Below the pieces are notes generated by a model. That model searched no databases, was not told where the DNA came from, and saw only the letters and a program-made list of their open reading frames with translations. A DNA stretch of 51,633 nucleotides from Clytia hemisphaerica (taxonomy: Eukaryota), in assembly GCF_902728285.1 (NCBI RefSeq), contig NW_027104315.1:354032-405664 (forward strand). Reading direction: 5' to 3'. The number at the start of each line of letters is the position of its first letter. Position 1 is the first letter of the stretch. The translations under genes and the position numbers were made by a program. Shown in pieces: positions 24,576-37,205 of this stretch.

Positions 24576-25328
24576 AAACTTGGTCGAGTTAAGGAGAAGA
24601 CATTCGAAATACAAATGACTCTACTGTACTAGATTTCAAAATAATCCTTGAAATAATCATTGGCATATCGCAACGAGACAAAAACTTCTCCCGCAGAAGG
24701 CTTCTGTTCTCCTGTGCAGTGACTTTCAAAACAAAGCACACTTTTTTATATGATCATACCAAATAACTTGCTCCATTTAGTTTTAAACCCGGTTTTAGGG
24801 ATTTGTCGGCATGATTCTAATTTTTATCAGCGATCCAAAAAATATCTGCAATCTGATTAGTTAAAAAGAATACAACATATCTTTTTTTTTACATGTACAA
24901 AATATAAATTGACAAAAAGATGTTCTTACATTTTAGCGGTAGAAGCAATCTAACGTCACTTTGCTACAAAAATGCCCTGCGCTTTTTTCCGACACAAAAA
25001 GTGCATTTTTTCGGTCACCGATAAACCAGTTATCAGACATTTTTTGCTTGTACAATATGGAAATATATTTCTCATATTGTACTCGTAGCTGTCCGATAAC
25101 TATTTCATATCGAAACTTCATGTTCTTTCCAACGGTAACTACAAAGGATCAAAAAGACTTCCGAAACAGAGACTGAGTTAGGAAGTGACCTGACAGAGCC
25201 TTTAGAACTCTAATTATTTAAAACAATCAAACATTTCTATACATTTTATTTTTCAGGAGCTGAACACTGTGGTAAAAGGAGGCGAAGACGTCGGGATGTT
25301 GAAACACAGAAAACCTTAATCTTGCCAG

Positions 25329-25540
25329 ATGATGGCGAAGATGCGGTATATTTTTACGATCCTATCCAGCCTAATAAAACGCTACCTTCTTTCCCAACAC
25401 CTAATGGTATCACTGAAGTGCAGGCTATCTTTAATTGTGACAAAGCATTGCGAGAATCAGAGAGTGGAAAAGTATGTTTGGAACTCGTTCCCGACCTTGA
25501 TATTGATGGCATCATAGAGAGCTGTGTTGAAGATACAAAG
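25329..25540 (+). CDS. Exon (DDGEDAVYFYDPIQPNKTLPSFPTPNGITEVQAIFNCDKALRESESGKVCLELVPDLDIDGIIESCVEDTK)
   Basis: Acceptor cttgccag|AT; donor AAG|gttagg lies ~14 bp before a MITE; phase-consistent. The upstream 'tttttcag GAGCTG…' candidate was rejected because of an in-frame stop. Confidence 0.6.
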
Positions 25541-25554
25541 GTTAGGAGATTCTT

Positions 25555-25652
25555 CCCAGCTGGCGCACAGCGTTGTTTCAATGTTAATCTAACGTTCACA
25601 ACGTCCATTTAACGTTAGATTAACGTTTAAACAACGTTGTGTGCCAGCTGGG
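25555..25652. mobile_element. AACGTT-rich palindromic MITE copy, ~14 bp after exon-15 donor
   Basis: Sequence identity to the other copies. Confidence 0.85.
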
Positions 25653-27170
25653 TTTCTACTGAATGATAATGTACAGATATCACATATACAAATGCAGTTG
25701 ACACTTTCTAATTCGTTTTTTAGGGTAACTTTTCATCGAATAAGTACTGTGAAAAGTTAAGGTCGAAATCATATATCGACGCTGTGCCGACCAATCCAGA
25801 TTATATTCAGCGCGCAATCAACGCAGAGAAAAGTAACCATAACTCTTATGGACATTAAATGGACGGCTTTAAGACCTATGGACGTCCTGGAAACATACAT
25901 TAGACGACCAAAAGACGTTTGTGCCCATCGGGATCGATGATTTCTTTGATATTCATCATCTTCTTGTTCGCCATCATCCTTTGACGTTTTTGTAAGGTCA
26001 TTGGTTGAAAAATGAAGCAATTCCACTGGTAGAAATTGACGTAACGGACGAAAAAAGCAGAACTTCCATCAATTCTTTTTTTGTTCGCGCGAAACTTTTT
26101 TATGACGTAATCTTTTGTTCAGGCAAAAAAAGGTTAAGAAAAAAACTGTCGCCCATTTCGCATGAACGTGGAGTCCGGCCTTAAGAAGTACCCTGAGTAT
26201 TAGAGGGTTAATTTTTCAAAAAATATAATAACCTCTGAAGACAAATAATAGAAACTTCATCGCGCATGTGTCAATCTAATCACTGTACAAAAAATCAAAG
26301 ATGAAGAGCAAATATTACCATATTAATGTCTAGCAGACTGTATCAGTATGCAGTTTACTATTTACGAATTCCCCAGAAACCTCCAAGTGTAATTGAAATG
26401 AGTTTATTTCGAAAGAAATCTTCTACACGATTCCCAATTGTATAACAGTCATTACTAAACTATTAGTTATGGAAATGTCACTTTAATTGAATCGAAATAA
26501 TAGACATACTTTATGTTATGATTCTCTATCACTGACTCTTTTTACAAAGCATTGATGACTTTTTGTAAATTGTGTTTTCAACGACGGGAATAAAAATATC
26601 AACTTTGAACCTCATCCAAGATCTTGGATGGTCGTCATGGTTACTTTTGTCTTCGTTGATTGCGCGCTGAATAGAATCTCGATTCGTCGGCACATCGTCA
26701 ATATATGATTTTGACCTGTGCTATTCACGGTACTTAAGAAGTTGTTTCGACGTTAGTTATGAACATTAGATGAACGTTGCAGAAACATTGTGTACCAGCT
26801 AGACAAAAGACATGAACTTATGTCTTTTGTTACCCAGCTAGCGCATGACAGGGAAAAAAACGTTGCTTCAACGTTCATCTAATGTTAGATGGACGTTATG
26901 AATGTTTGATAGACGTTGATATTAATTAACAATCTTAATTACACGCTTTTTGTATAAGAACAAACCAAAAACATAAGGTTTCGATGGCCAAAATCTTAAG
27001 AGCAAGTGAAGAACATTTTAAGGCTTTGTGGATTCTAAAACACCTGATTTCATAGGAAACTGGACCAAAATACTCACAAAATGGGGGAAATTAAGAACGC
27101 TGTTAAGAAAATATTTAGGCTAAAAACTCAAAAAATTAAGAACATCCAAATGCTTCTATAATCTTTATAG

Positions 27171-27414
27171 ATCTTGGATGATATAGAAGTTGCAACATCA
27201 TCAGCTGTTGGTGTCATGAAAGATGCATGTGAGGAAGTCACCCTTCGAAATATCACATTATGGAAAACAGATGATACTACTGGTCAACTTCAACCACCAA
27301 AAGCTGTTGCAGAAATCTTATGTCCAAACGAATGTAGTGGTAATGGTTATTGTGCTAATGCAACATGTGTTTGTGATGAAGGATATTTGTCTGCTGATTG
27401 TTCCATCCACGAAG
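27171..27414 (+). CDS. Exon, linker plus EGF-like domain (…[31 protein letters not shown])
   Basis: EGF pattern C.3C..G.C.4C.C..GY.4C; acceptor ctttatag|ATC, donor GAAG|gtgaaa. Confidence 0.7.
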
Positions 27415-27442
27415 GTGAAAAGCACAGATTTCTGTTTATCTA

Positions 27443-27855
27443 ATTTTCACAGGTCCATATAAAATTAGATAAACGTTAAAAAACGTCGTGTGCCAGCAGG
27501 GAAGAGGGACTTCTGACCATAGATTTATAAAGTCAAAAAGGCTAGATGTTCTACTTTAAGCTCTTCCAAACAAACAAAAAAGAAAGTGAATATCGCAAAA
27601 AATATTGCTGCTATTGTTTTCAAAAGACCCGCGAAGCTTCTTATTGGTCAAGCACTGAAATTCTATTGTGATGCCACGCGACCTCGGCACACTTTTCAGC
27701 CAAAACATGACATCTACCTAGAACTTTGGACTTGAATCTATGGTCAGAAGTCCCTCTTCCCTGCTGGCACACGACGTTTTTTCAACGTTTATCTAACTTT
27801 ATATTGATCTGTGAACATTAGATAAACGTTGAAACAACATTGCGCGCCAGTTGGG
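27443..27855. mobile_element. Composite: half MITE (27443-27500), a second TIR element with 27-bp TIRs GGGAAGAGGGACTTCTGACCATAGATT (27500-27762), then a full AACGTT MITE (27758-27855)
   Basis: Nested inverted repeats seen directly in the sequence. Confidence 0.7.
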
Positions 27856-28331
27856 ATTCATATCCCCTCTATCTCAGTTTATTAGTAGGGTAAATAAATT
27901 GAATTCATTGGTCTAAATATATTTTTATAACAAATCTTGCCCATACTATTTCATTAAGAGTTTACCAGAGTCTAGGTATAGGAATTCATGCCCTGGTCTC
28001 TTTGAAATTTGCATGAATTGCATTTGTCCTCCTAAAACATTACGTTCGACCATACAATTTTCATAGGGTATAGACTTTTTTTCAAATTAAAGAAATGATG
28101 TGAATAATAGTAGAAGTTCAAATTAGAGAGAGTTGAGTATTCATGATATCGATGACGTAATGTTTTCTACGGAAAGACCCCGGTTTTAGCCAGTATAGTG
28201 GCAAATTTAAACTACACTTGAAAGATGTGAATTCACAAAAAGTGGAACTCACTAAGAAACGAGATGAGAAATCCCAGTTTTTGGTGAGGTGCTCACTAGA
28301 ATATTATGAACTTTATAATGTATTTTTATAG

Positions 28332-28468
28332 ATGATCCACCAGTGCTGGTAAAAGTGGCTTTCAACGGATTGTGTGACATTCGTCAAAAGGACTGCGTTC
28401 GAACACGTGTCATTGGTAGAAACTTCATCAATTCTGAAAGTTTAGCTTGTCAAACAAAGGCTCTCAAG
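28332..28468 (+). CDS. Exon (DDPPVLVKVAFNGLCDIRQKDCVRTRVIGRNFINSESLACQTKALK)
   Basis: Acceptor ttttatag|AT, donor AAG|gtatgt; phase 1 in, 0 out. Confidence 0.6.
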
Positions 28469-30114
28469 GTATGTTTTAAACGATACTATCGTCTACACAT
28501 TATCACTAAAAAAAGGAATAATTCAGGAGGCGGGATAAATTTGAAGACGGAGTTCAGTTCGGGAGAGTGAACAGTTGCGGAGGTGTTTACAGTTGTTTCA
28601 AAACTCTACCGCCATTATTTTTCCCGTAAACCGCCCTGACGCCCTGACTGCGCATTTATACTTTCCTGTGCTTACTGACCCTTTAAACGGACGATAGCAT
28701 CGTCTAGGTGTGTTTCAATTCAACTAAAAGTCTATTGCTTGAAAAAGTAGGAGTCTCTATAACTACTAGCCGTCCCGGCGTCGTCCGAGACGACTTCTTA
28801 CTCCTTTTAATACGCTCGCTTCGCTCGCTTTTCTATTTTTCAGAAACTTGTAGGGATTTGTATACAAATGTACTTATTTTGCGAGAAGAAATGTTCTTAA
28901 ATTTAGGCCTTTTTCGTAAAAATTGATGTTTAAAATTTTTAAGGGGACACTAAAATTAATGCACATTAAAAAATATGGTGAAAGTATTTTTAGTTGAATT
29001 TTGATTTTTCTTCTCCTTATTAAATTGTTTAAATTTGTCATAATTTCTTTTGTTGAAAACCTTCAAACAATAATGTTCTTGACTCGCTAAAAATAATGCT
29101 CATGCAAATATTGGTGAAAATTGAGTTAAAAATTTCTCGCGAGAAATCGGTCATACTTTAAACGTGCTTTTTTTTGGGTTTTTGGAAGAGGAAAGACTAT
29201 TATTTTCCTCACGCAAGGATGAAGATAAAAAACAAATAGAAATTCAAATTCAGTATTAGAGGTACTTGGCAACACCGATCACTCCAAAGACCACAGTGCT
29301 TTACGGTGGAATATAAAGAGTGCCTTTTTTCAATACCTCTTAACAGAGTCAACAATTATTTAACAATTAAACTCAATGCGTAAGTAAAAGCGTTTTCATT
29401 TTGCTATCTCAATAGAACAAAAAATAGCAAACATTGATTAAAAAAATTTCATAATTGAATTGGGAATAAGTCATCAACTTTTCTCATATTGTCAAGTCCA
29501 TTAAATTGAAATGTTTTTATCAGAGTATCAAATAGACGGGAAATGTCATCGGAGCTTTATTAATCTCAAGGGTAATCATAAATATGATGTCTTTTTGAAA
29601 ACTCAAATTTTATCTTCGACGTATTCCCATGCGAATCAAAATTATTTCATAACCGACATAAACTTTTTTTTTAAAAACTATAAATTATGCTGATAGTGCT
29701 ATTGCACAGTCAGTTGTGTTTCTCCATCAAGGAGAAATGTGCTCTCTTGAATGGAAGTGCACTTGGCGAATAGAATTGAATATACAATCAAAAAGGCGCG
29801 AAAAAAATTGCCGTGTATTTAAAAATCGCTAGCGAAAAAGCCTCATGCGAGAATGGGAGAGTTCCGATTTAAGCGTATTATAATATAGATAATAACACAC
29901 ACCAGGAACAAAGATTTGTCCGAGTTTAAAGGAAATTTCATTTCAGTTCAGTTACCAGAAAACTTGTTCGAGTTAAAAAAACATTCGAGTTATAGAGATT
30001 CGAGTTTGTATTTCACATGGTATTGCTTCGGACCTAAATGACATTAACAGTAGATTAATCAATATAAGAGATACAACCCTCAAACTAAACACTGTTGTTA
30101 AAAACAGAAGCTTT

Positions 30115-30355
30115 TTGTGGGTCTTTCTCAGGAGACCCCAGCCAGCTACGATGACAGAGGTCGTGGGTTCAATCGCTTATCAATTCATATCAAAGTTTCA
30201 AAAATGTTCCTTGATAGTTCTCAATTTAATAAGAGAAATATTAAGGATAAGTGAGGAAATCCAGAAAAAAAATGACGCACTCCCCCTGCCTTTAGGTGGA
30301 TAGCTGGAAAGAGGAGCCTTTGGGCCACCTCCGGCTGCGTCCGCAAGACTTTCTT
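30115..30355 (+). mobile_element. SINE copy (divergent head, conserved core and tail)
   Basis: Core and tail align with 24296-24575. Confidence 0.6.
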
Positions 30356-30790
30356 ACTACTTGGTTATCTTATCACACCCCCTTGTCACAGACAGGATTT
30401 CTTCATCCAGTTGGTATAAGAATAACGAAATGAAACTCGATGGGGATTGATTTTCTCATATTGTTTTAGCTGGGGATGTCAATTCTTTTGTTTTCAAGTC
30501 AGAAAATTCAATGAGAATGGGGAAAATATCATAATATTTTGCAGTGAGGATTGGTTTATTTGATTATTTTCTGTGGGGACGAAAGTTGGAGTATTATTTT
30601 CCATCGGGAACGATATTTTGGCCAATTTTTCCAGTGGGAAGGGGTCCCAGTGGGTTTATGAGAAGGAGGTGCCTTATCTTGTTATGATGATTCTTCTTGG
30701 TTGTTATAGTTCACTACTGACCATTCTATCGATGAAGAATTCAACGGAGAAGCAACAATTCAAAGCAGTGAATTATTAAGTTTCGCCGAG

Positions 30791-30982
30791 TTGAGTTGCG
30801 ATCTACCTGATGTTCCAGTCGATATTGTTTTTTCGTCAACGCAAAAAGGAATTCCAGTTGGGGGTTTTGATATCCGATTGTCAAACAATGGGGAAAATTT
30901 CTCGAATGAGAGTTCACAATTTGTGGTGTATGATTCCAAATGTTTACAATGTAATGCCACTACTAAAGATTGTCAGTGGAAG
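30791..30982 (+). CDS. Exon, IPT/TIG-like segment (LSCDLPDVPVDIVFSSTQKGIPVGGFDIRLSNNGENFSNESSQFVVYDSKCLQCNATTKDCQWK)
   Basis: Open frame and donor AAG|gtatga; the acceptor (cgccgag|TTG) is weak and chosen for phase; exons may be missing between 28468 and here. Confidence 0.45.
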
Positions 30983-31490
30983 GTATGATACACTTTTTTT
31001 CAGGCTCAGTATTGTTCTTAAATTATTTGGTGATTTTGAGCCTCATTGTTCTTATAAAATTGTTTTCATATAAAAAAGTGTATGTTTTTTTATAAGAACG
31101 AAGTATATAAGAACTATATAGTCGATGTAATGTGTTTGTTGAACAACCGTAGAGCAAATTCAATAAAGTTATATACATCTGATGATTGCATAAGTAGCAT
31201 GAAACTTTTAGTAATGTATTTTACATGGTAATTTTTGAAATATAACTTTATAGTCGATGTAGTAATGAAAAATGAGTCGGTATTTCGTTCTCACAAAATC
31301 GATTCCAACGCATTCAATATTTGTCAAAAACACCTTGGGAGCCTACTAGAATGGTTCTAAAAGTCTTAAAAATCTTCCTTTGATTGTTATAGAAACTCAT
31401 GTACAGAAGTGACTAAGTCTGAATATCAGTTGGAAAATTCAACAGATCTTCAAAATTTGTGACCCCGCACGCTTCTGCCTTCAATATCAT

Positions 31491-31587
31491 CCCAGCTGAC
31501 CCGCAACGTTGTTTCAACATTAATCTAATGTTCACAACGTCCATATAGCATTAGATGAACGTTGAAACAACGTCGTGTGCCAGCTGG
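31491..31587. mobile_element. AACGTT-rich palindromic MITE copy, ~50 bp upstream of exon-19 acceptor
   Basis: Sequence identity. Confidence 0.85.
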
Positions 31588-31639
31588 GTATATGGTGTAA
31601 AATTAGAAATGAGTTAACTTCATCATCATCGAATTTTAG

Positions 31640-31745
31640 GAAGACTCCTGCCGAGTGAACAATTATTGTTTTGGCAAAGGAGATGCACATCCATTGGATT
31701 GGTGCAAAGTCTGTAGTGGAGAAAATGCTTTTGAACCAAGATATG
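31640..31745 (+). CDS. Exon, PSI-like Cys-rich segment (EDSCRVNNYCFGKGDAHPLDWCKVCSGENAFEPRY)
   Basis: Acceptor gaattttag|GAAG, donor TATG|gtaaga; C..NNC…WC..C spacing resembles plexin/semaphorin PSI. Confidence 0.55.
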
Positions 31746-32159
31746 GTAAGAGAATTTATATTTGGTTGTGTATCATTTAAAATGCATGGGGACAATGTTT
31801 AGTTTTCTAATGTACCTGACATACGAGAAAATAAGAGACGAGCACCCCGATCTAGAATATGTCTTTCCGTAGAAACCTTCCCAAGACTCGCATCAGTGCA
31901 GTTCGGGGGCTCACTACAGGGCTCAAAACACTATAAACATTTGTAGAGAGCAGAGAGAGAGAAGAAGCCGGGCCTGACAGAGTCTCTTTAGAGCGCTCTA
32001 GAAACTGAATTCACGCTCAGCGCTATATCTATCCACAATTAAGTGTTTCGTCCTTCCTTTTTTCCATTTTTACTATTTGGTTGAGTCGCGAGAGGGTTAG
32101 AGGCCCATTTGAACAACTATAGACGCTTTCAGCACCTTGAACTGGATACCCAATACCCC

Positions 32160-32290
32160 TTACATGGCATGGGTTGACCCAGGCGGAGGTTCATTCACTT
32201 ACCAGGTGAACCGCTGCGAGTGGGAATCGAACCTCAGTCGCCTGTGTAGCAACCAAGGTCAATGACCACTATACCACAGCACCTTCCTAA
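32160..32290 (-). pseudogene. tRNA-like segment (minus strand '…GGTATAGTGGTCATTGACCTTGG…GAGGTTCGATTCCCACTCGCAGC…'), probably a SINE head or tRNA pseudogene
   Basis: GGTTCGATTCC T-loop-like box and D-loop-like AGTGGT; no clean cloverleaf could be folded by eye. Confidence 0.3.
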
Positions 32291-32576
32291 TCAGATTCTT
32301 AAGAATCTCTAATCAACCAAGATTAGAAGCTTACAATGCATGAAAAACGTATACAGTATTTCATTCACATCCAATGATTGGCTGTAAGGCGTGAAGCAGA
32401 CTATAATGTTTTAGATTTTTTTTTTTTAATATAATTTTTAATTTGATAATCTTATACAGTACATTTTCTCACTCGTCAGGCATGCATGCATGTGTGAAGT
32501 TCGGTATAGGGCGTTACAGTCCTGTCAACTGCCTTTGCCCATTGAGGATCCAACTATTATAAAAAAAAATGATTAA

Positions 32577-33757
32577 GGGAGTGGTCAGAAAGTATCTACT
32601 AGGGGGGTGGAGGATTCTAGGGGGGGGTTCCAAAAATTTTTCGAGGGTTTAGGGGGGGGGGTTCCAAATCTTTTGGGCAACTCAAGAGAAAATGTAGGAA
32701 GTCTAATTTCATAGTTTTACGCTTCAAGATTTCAAAAATTTATTTTATTTGATATATGTACATGTCATACTAACATTATTTGGGCATCATCGCCTTGCCC
32801 TTTTGGTTTGTAGCATTGAGCTAAATGAGGGAAGCAGATTAGTGGCTTTCACAGCTCATCAGAGTGGTTTGAAAAAGTACTTTTCAGAAAGAAATTTGTC
32901 AAAACAAAGTGTCTTTTAGCTAAAATGGTAGTGAAAAACATCGAAATTTTCTCCCGTCGGCGCAAACCATGGTTGTGCCTCCTTAGTCTCTACTAATATC
33001 TTATAAATTATATACACAGAGCTTTGACAGACCCTGGAAAACCTGAAAATATAGGTTTTTCAAAAATAGAAATTTCAAACTCAGAGAATTTTATTTATCA
33101 GACTCCTTTTAACAACAGAATAGCTTATATTTTAGGGTCTCGAGTACCTGATCTTCAAAATTTTCTCCCTTCGGGGCCAACCATGGTGGCCCCTCAGGAT
33201 ATTTTGAGTAATTGAGTAATGCTTCTGTAATGTAGGGAGATTATGTATCAGGGAAAATAAGCCGTAATTTTCTCCCAAAACTTTGGGAAACTCAGAGAAA
33301 ATAACTCGTTGATTCTTATTTTAACCCTGGACTATTCCTATAGGAGATCTACCATTTTGATTGACGTTTACACCACGGGTTTTTTTCTTTTGTTTACTTC
33401 AGAGAAATTCCGTCGTAACCATGGAAATCGACGGAAAAAATCCCGTGGTGTAAACGTCAATCAAAATGGTAGATCTCCTAAAGGACTATACTCAACTTTA
33501 CAGGGCTAAACTATCTCCCTTACCTAATTTTGACTTAAAAACTGTCATACAAACAAATAATACTCTTTGTACCGCATCTGTATGAATTCTTTTTTTGCGT
33601 AAAAATTTTTCTAGTGGGGGGGGTGCGAAAAAATATTGGGCCTTATGAGGGGGGGTTCGAAATTTTTTTCCAGGCTAGGGGAGGGGGTGTGAAAGTATTT
33701 TGGGATTTTTCAAAATATCCTCCACTCCCCCCTAGTAGATACTTTCTGACCACTCCC
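32577..33757. mobile_element. ~1.18-kb non-autonomous DNA transposon with perfect 31-bp TIRs GGGAGTGGTCAGAAAGTATCTACTAGGGGGG, TAA/TTAA flanks; contains a ~140-bp hairpin MITE at ~33345-33485 and G-rich subrepeats
   Basis: TIRs and internal palindrome seen directly; solo TIR-like fragment at ~23103-23140. Confidence 0.8.
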
Positions 33758-34242
33758 TAATGTCGAAATTTCAAATAATCATCAAAAACAGCGAGCCAAC
33801 TTTTCTTTTGACACTTACCTTCTTTACACGTAAAAATACCAGAAAATGCAAATGTGTTCATCAAAACTCGTTACAGAATTTAAAAATATGGTAAAAAAAG
33901 CTATTCCCATGTGGAATAATATTTTTCGAATAGCTGAAAAAAAATATAGAAATCTAAAAAAGAAGTTTTGATATTATGTGTGTGCTATGTGAGAAAACTT
34001 TTGAAAAAATAAATCACCATTCCTCGACTACATGGTTGCTCAAAGAATTTGGGTCTGCATCGAGTTGGCTTGTGTTGGAAATGTTCATGACTTCCAAATA
34101 AGATGGAGAAACTGTTGGCAAAATACAAATAAGAAAAAAAACAAAATGAAATTTAAGAAGATTAAGAATCACTCTCGCTTGGAAATGAAGTCAACAGTTA
34201 CAATTACCAGCATAATACCTTTCTTTCTCTTGCCTATTTCAG

Positions 34243-34449
34243 ACAACTTGGCACCTGTGTTTCGACCAACTGAACCTATCAAAGTTTTTAAAGACCAAGA
34301 AATGAGCTTCGTTATCCCCGTATTTGATCCTGAACAGAAGAGGATGAAATATGAGTTGATAGAACCACCATCACCACCACTGGGTATGGAGATCTCCAAT
34401 GGTGGAGTACTGACATGGACACCCAAGGAAGAAAACAAAACGTTCACAG
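34243..34449 (+). CDS. Exon, dystroglycan-type cadherin-like (CADG/He_PIG-like) domain (DNLAPVFRPTEPIKVFKDQEMSFVIPVFDPEQKRMKYELIEPPSPPLGMEISNGGVLTWTPKEENKTFTG)
   Basis: Motifs 'F.IP..FDPE…Y.L…P.G+.I.NG.L.W.P'; acceptor ctatttcag|AC, donor CAG|gtaacc; the phase-1 G from exon 19 completes a GAC codon exactly. Confidence 0.65.
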
Positions 34450-34775
34450 GTAACCTTCAGTGTGCCAAATAGGTCCTTTTTACGCAGGACCTTATGACGG
34501 TTTTCCGTCTCTGTTTGGTACAAAAAGAGACTTTATCATCTCCAAATTCAACAAAAATTTTCATTGCCAAGTTCATTAACATCTTGAGACAAAAAACTTT
34601 GACCATTGAATTAAATGTCTTAAAGCCAACAGTAACATTATTTTACTTCCCAAAACCAGCGAGTTTATTTCAAGCAATATTCTTTAACATTAAATGATAA
34701 TATACTTGACTCATCTGAAAAGTTATATGGACCTCATTTACAAATCCTAACTAAAATTTCCTCTTTTTTTCCCAG

Positions 34776-34957
34776 TATGGATCAAAGTTACTGACATTTG
34801 TGGCAACAGTTCGTATTCTACATATGATTTTGAGGTTGTTAATTGTCCTTGTCAAGCTTTCAATGGTGCAGAATGCCAAAGAGGTGATAATGGAACTATT
34901 AGCTGTGTTTGCCTGCTGGATGTACCGGAAAAAAGTCGAAAAAAGCTTGCACTATAG
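34776..34957 (+). CDS. Exon: end of cadherin-like domain plus Cys-rich EGF-like segment carrying RGD (VWIKVTDICGNSSYSTYDFEVVNCPCQAFNGAECQRGDNGTISCVCLLD…); stop at 34955-57 if unspliced, or donor at 34922 (GAT|gtaccg)
   Basis: Acceptor tttttttcccag|TA; phase-consistent with exon 20; the 3' boundary is unresolved. Confidence 0.5.
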
Positions 34958-36061
34958 TTTGCTCTTAATAACTCGAAAGTAAAAGTTATGTTTTGCTTAG
35001 TTGAATGGACCTATCAGAGTTTTCTTGATTTTTTCTAAAACAGCGATGCATTGTGGGATTGTTTCAGGAGTATTACAATAAATCTCTTAGAATTCCTCGA
35101 GGAATTCATTATACCCCGGAAACAATCCCACAATGCATTACCGTTAAAGAAAATCAAAATACCCGAACTGATTTCTTTTTTCACTGAAGATTAAGCTTTT
35201 GAGTATGAAAAACTGAAACGTTTTTTAATCAAACTAGTGGAACTGTTAAATTTTTATATTCACGGCACCTGTCTGCAAGGGTAACCCTGCTTACAAAGAC
35301 TTACAGTCAACTCTCTCTAATTCGAACCTCTATTATTCGAATTTTTCTGTAATTCGAACTAAAATTGGTCTCTAAAGCTGTAAAGTGGTTTAAATTACTC
35401 TCTATTATTAGAATCTTTCTCTAATTCGATCAAAGTTTTTGATCCCTTGAAGATCGATTTAGAGAGAATCAACTGTACTTATAAAGTCAAAAATTCTTCA
35501 ACTATTAGCTTTGTGCGAAAAACTTCTCTTTACACACCACCGTGCCACAGATCCGGTGGACCCCCAGCCTCACATGTAAATAATACCCTAGGATTTAAAC
35601 CCCACTGGATAATTAAAGTATGATTTATCCCCATTCGAAATTGGGCGGCAAAAACTACACTCCAAAACCAAAACCACCCCCGTTTTTCTTTTTGAGCTAG
35701 AAACAATGATTTTCTGTCCCCTTTCGGACTTTCATCCCCACAGAGAGAAAAAAATCCTTTAGCAAAAATTGCCTTGACTTTGATTTTTTTTTATTTACTA
35801 AGGTCACCCACTCAACTAAGCTACTTTGAAATAATTAATAAAGAATAAAATATGATCTACAAATTTAAAATACCCGTAAAGAAACGTAATGGACAAGTAA
35901 GTAGCTTGACAAAATGATATGTAATCTTGATATCTCAATCTCTTTACTTTTCCAGTTGTTCCATTGGCGAAGAGTGTAAACAAAAAAGTAAGGAAAAACT
36001 GTCTTTTTGATTTTCTAAAAGTCCATTTTGGCTTAAAGTTTAGTTAAAATAATTTGGTAGT

Positions 36062-36156
36062 CCAGTTGGCAACGACGTTGTTTCAACGTCTATCTAACGT
36101 TATATAGACGTTATGAACATTAGATAAACGTTGAAACAACGTTGTGTGTCAGCTGG
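36062..36156. mobile_element. AACGTT-rich palindromic MITE copy
   Basis: Sequence identity. Confidence 0.8.
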
Positions 36157-36418
36157 TAGGCCACTCTTAGACCATGTTCAGACGTTACGGTTTCGTTTCG
36201 CTCCGGTTTGGTATTTGTTACGGATAGAAAGTGTTCATACTCATTTCGGAACATTTTGGAACAACAAAACGGAGCAGTTCTGTTCCGATGAAAATAGTAG
36301 AGCAAAACTGTTTCTAACTGTTTTGCTTTGTAACGTCTTCTTTTTTGACGTTTTCAATTTTGACGTTCAAGGAACGAATCGTCCATACAGGATTCGAAGC
36401 TAATCAATTCCTATTTAA

Positions 36419-37125
36419 GGGCTCTGACCATAGTCCAAAAATAGATTTTGGTATTTGAACATAAAAGTTATATTTCAGGTTCCTTAACACTTTTAACAAA
36501 GAATTGCCTTTATAAATTGCTTTTTAATCGAATCCCTTAAGAGTAATTAAGAATTTAATTGCAAAAATGACGTTATGAACTTTAAAAAGATGTTAATAAT
36601 ATGTTGCATCACCCTCTTTTACAAAAAGTGCTTAGTTTTAATGGGTAAATAACTTTTTTGTTTCAAAATTTCTTTACACTGTCCGCAAAGAATTGAACTA
36701 TTTCAAATTTTGCGGAAAATTTTTCTAAAAGAGTGTCAAAAGTTATGACTGTTTTTTTAAGCAAAATCCAGATGAAAAATTATGAAAAACCACTAATTTG
36801 AAGATTTCGAGACAAAGAGCATTACCAAAAATTTTCCGCAAAAATTTTTATTGTTCGGTAAAAGATACACCATCTACTGCGAAATTTCTTTCAAAATGTT
36901 TTTTCTTCGCCGAAACTAAGCTCTTCAAAGTTGAAATACTCTTCCTCGTAAAAGTCTTCATTTTCTTCTTCATCAAATTTTCTCAATGCAATTTTTAAAT
37001 TTTTAGATTCAGGAATAGTTTGTCTAACAGAAAATGTATAACATGCCATAGTTTTGTTAGTTACGTCAGTCAGAAAAGACATTTTAAACACGGCAATTAT
37101 GAAAAATTCACTATGGTCAGAGCCC
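36419..37125. mobile_element. 707-bp TTAA-flanked element with 15-bp TIRs GGGCTCTGACCATAG
   Basis: TTAA TSD at 36415-18 and 37126-29; partial 5' copy at 4217-~4350, only ~22 bp after the exon-1 donor. Confidence 0.75.
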
Positions 37126-37205
37126 TTAAGTTGTGCAGATCACCTGTTTCTTATGTTGGTTGGCTTAAATGTAATTTTGACCACCAGAATTCGCCCAAAA
37201 ATACC

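Noticed and set aside
25256-25320. Candidate exon 'EHCGKRRRRRRDVETQKTLIL' after the acceptor tttttcag at 25255, with a poly-Arg stretch
   Set aside because: In the frame required by the preceding exon it reaches a stop at 25330 before joining the downstream coding block. The acceptor at 25327-28 gives a clean phase-1 join, so this is treated as intronic.
32160-32290. A possible functional tRNA gene on the minus strand
   Set aside because: It has tRNA-like boxes but I could not fold a canonical cloverleaf with a 7-bp acceptor stem. Nearby sequence continues as a stem-loop (GGTTCACCTGGTAAGTGAATGAACC). It is more consistent with a SINE head or pseudogene and needs tRNAscan-SE to settle.
36891-37091. 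Minus-strand 66-aa acidic ORF (…KFDEEENEDFYEEEYFNFEELSFGEEK…) inside the 707-bp TTAA element
   Set aside because: It is too short, lies within a non-autonomous TE, has no transposase motifs, and looks like low-complexity chance translation of an AT/GA-rich stretch.
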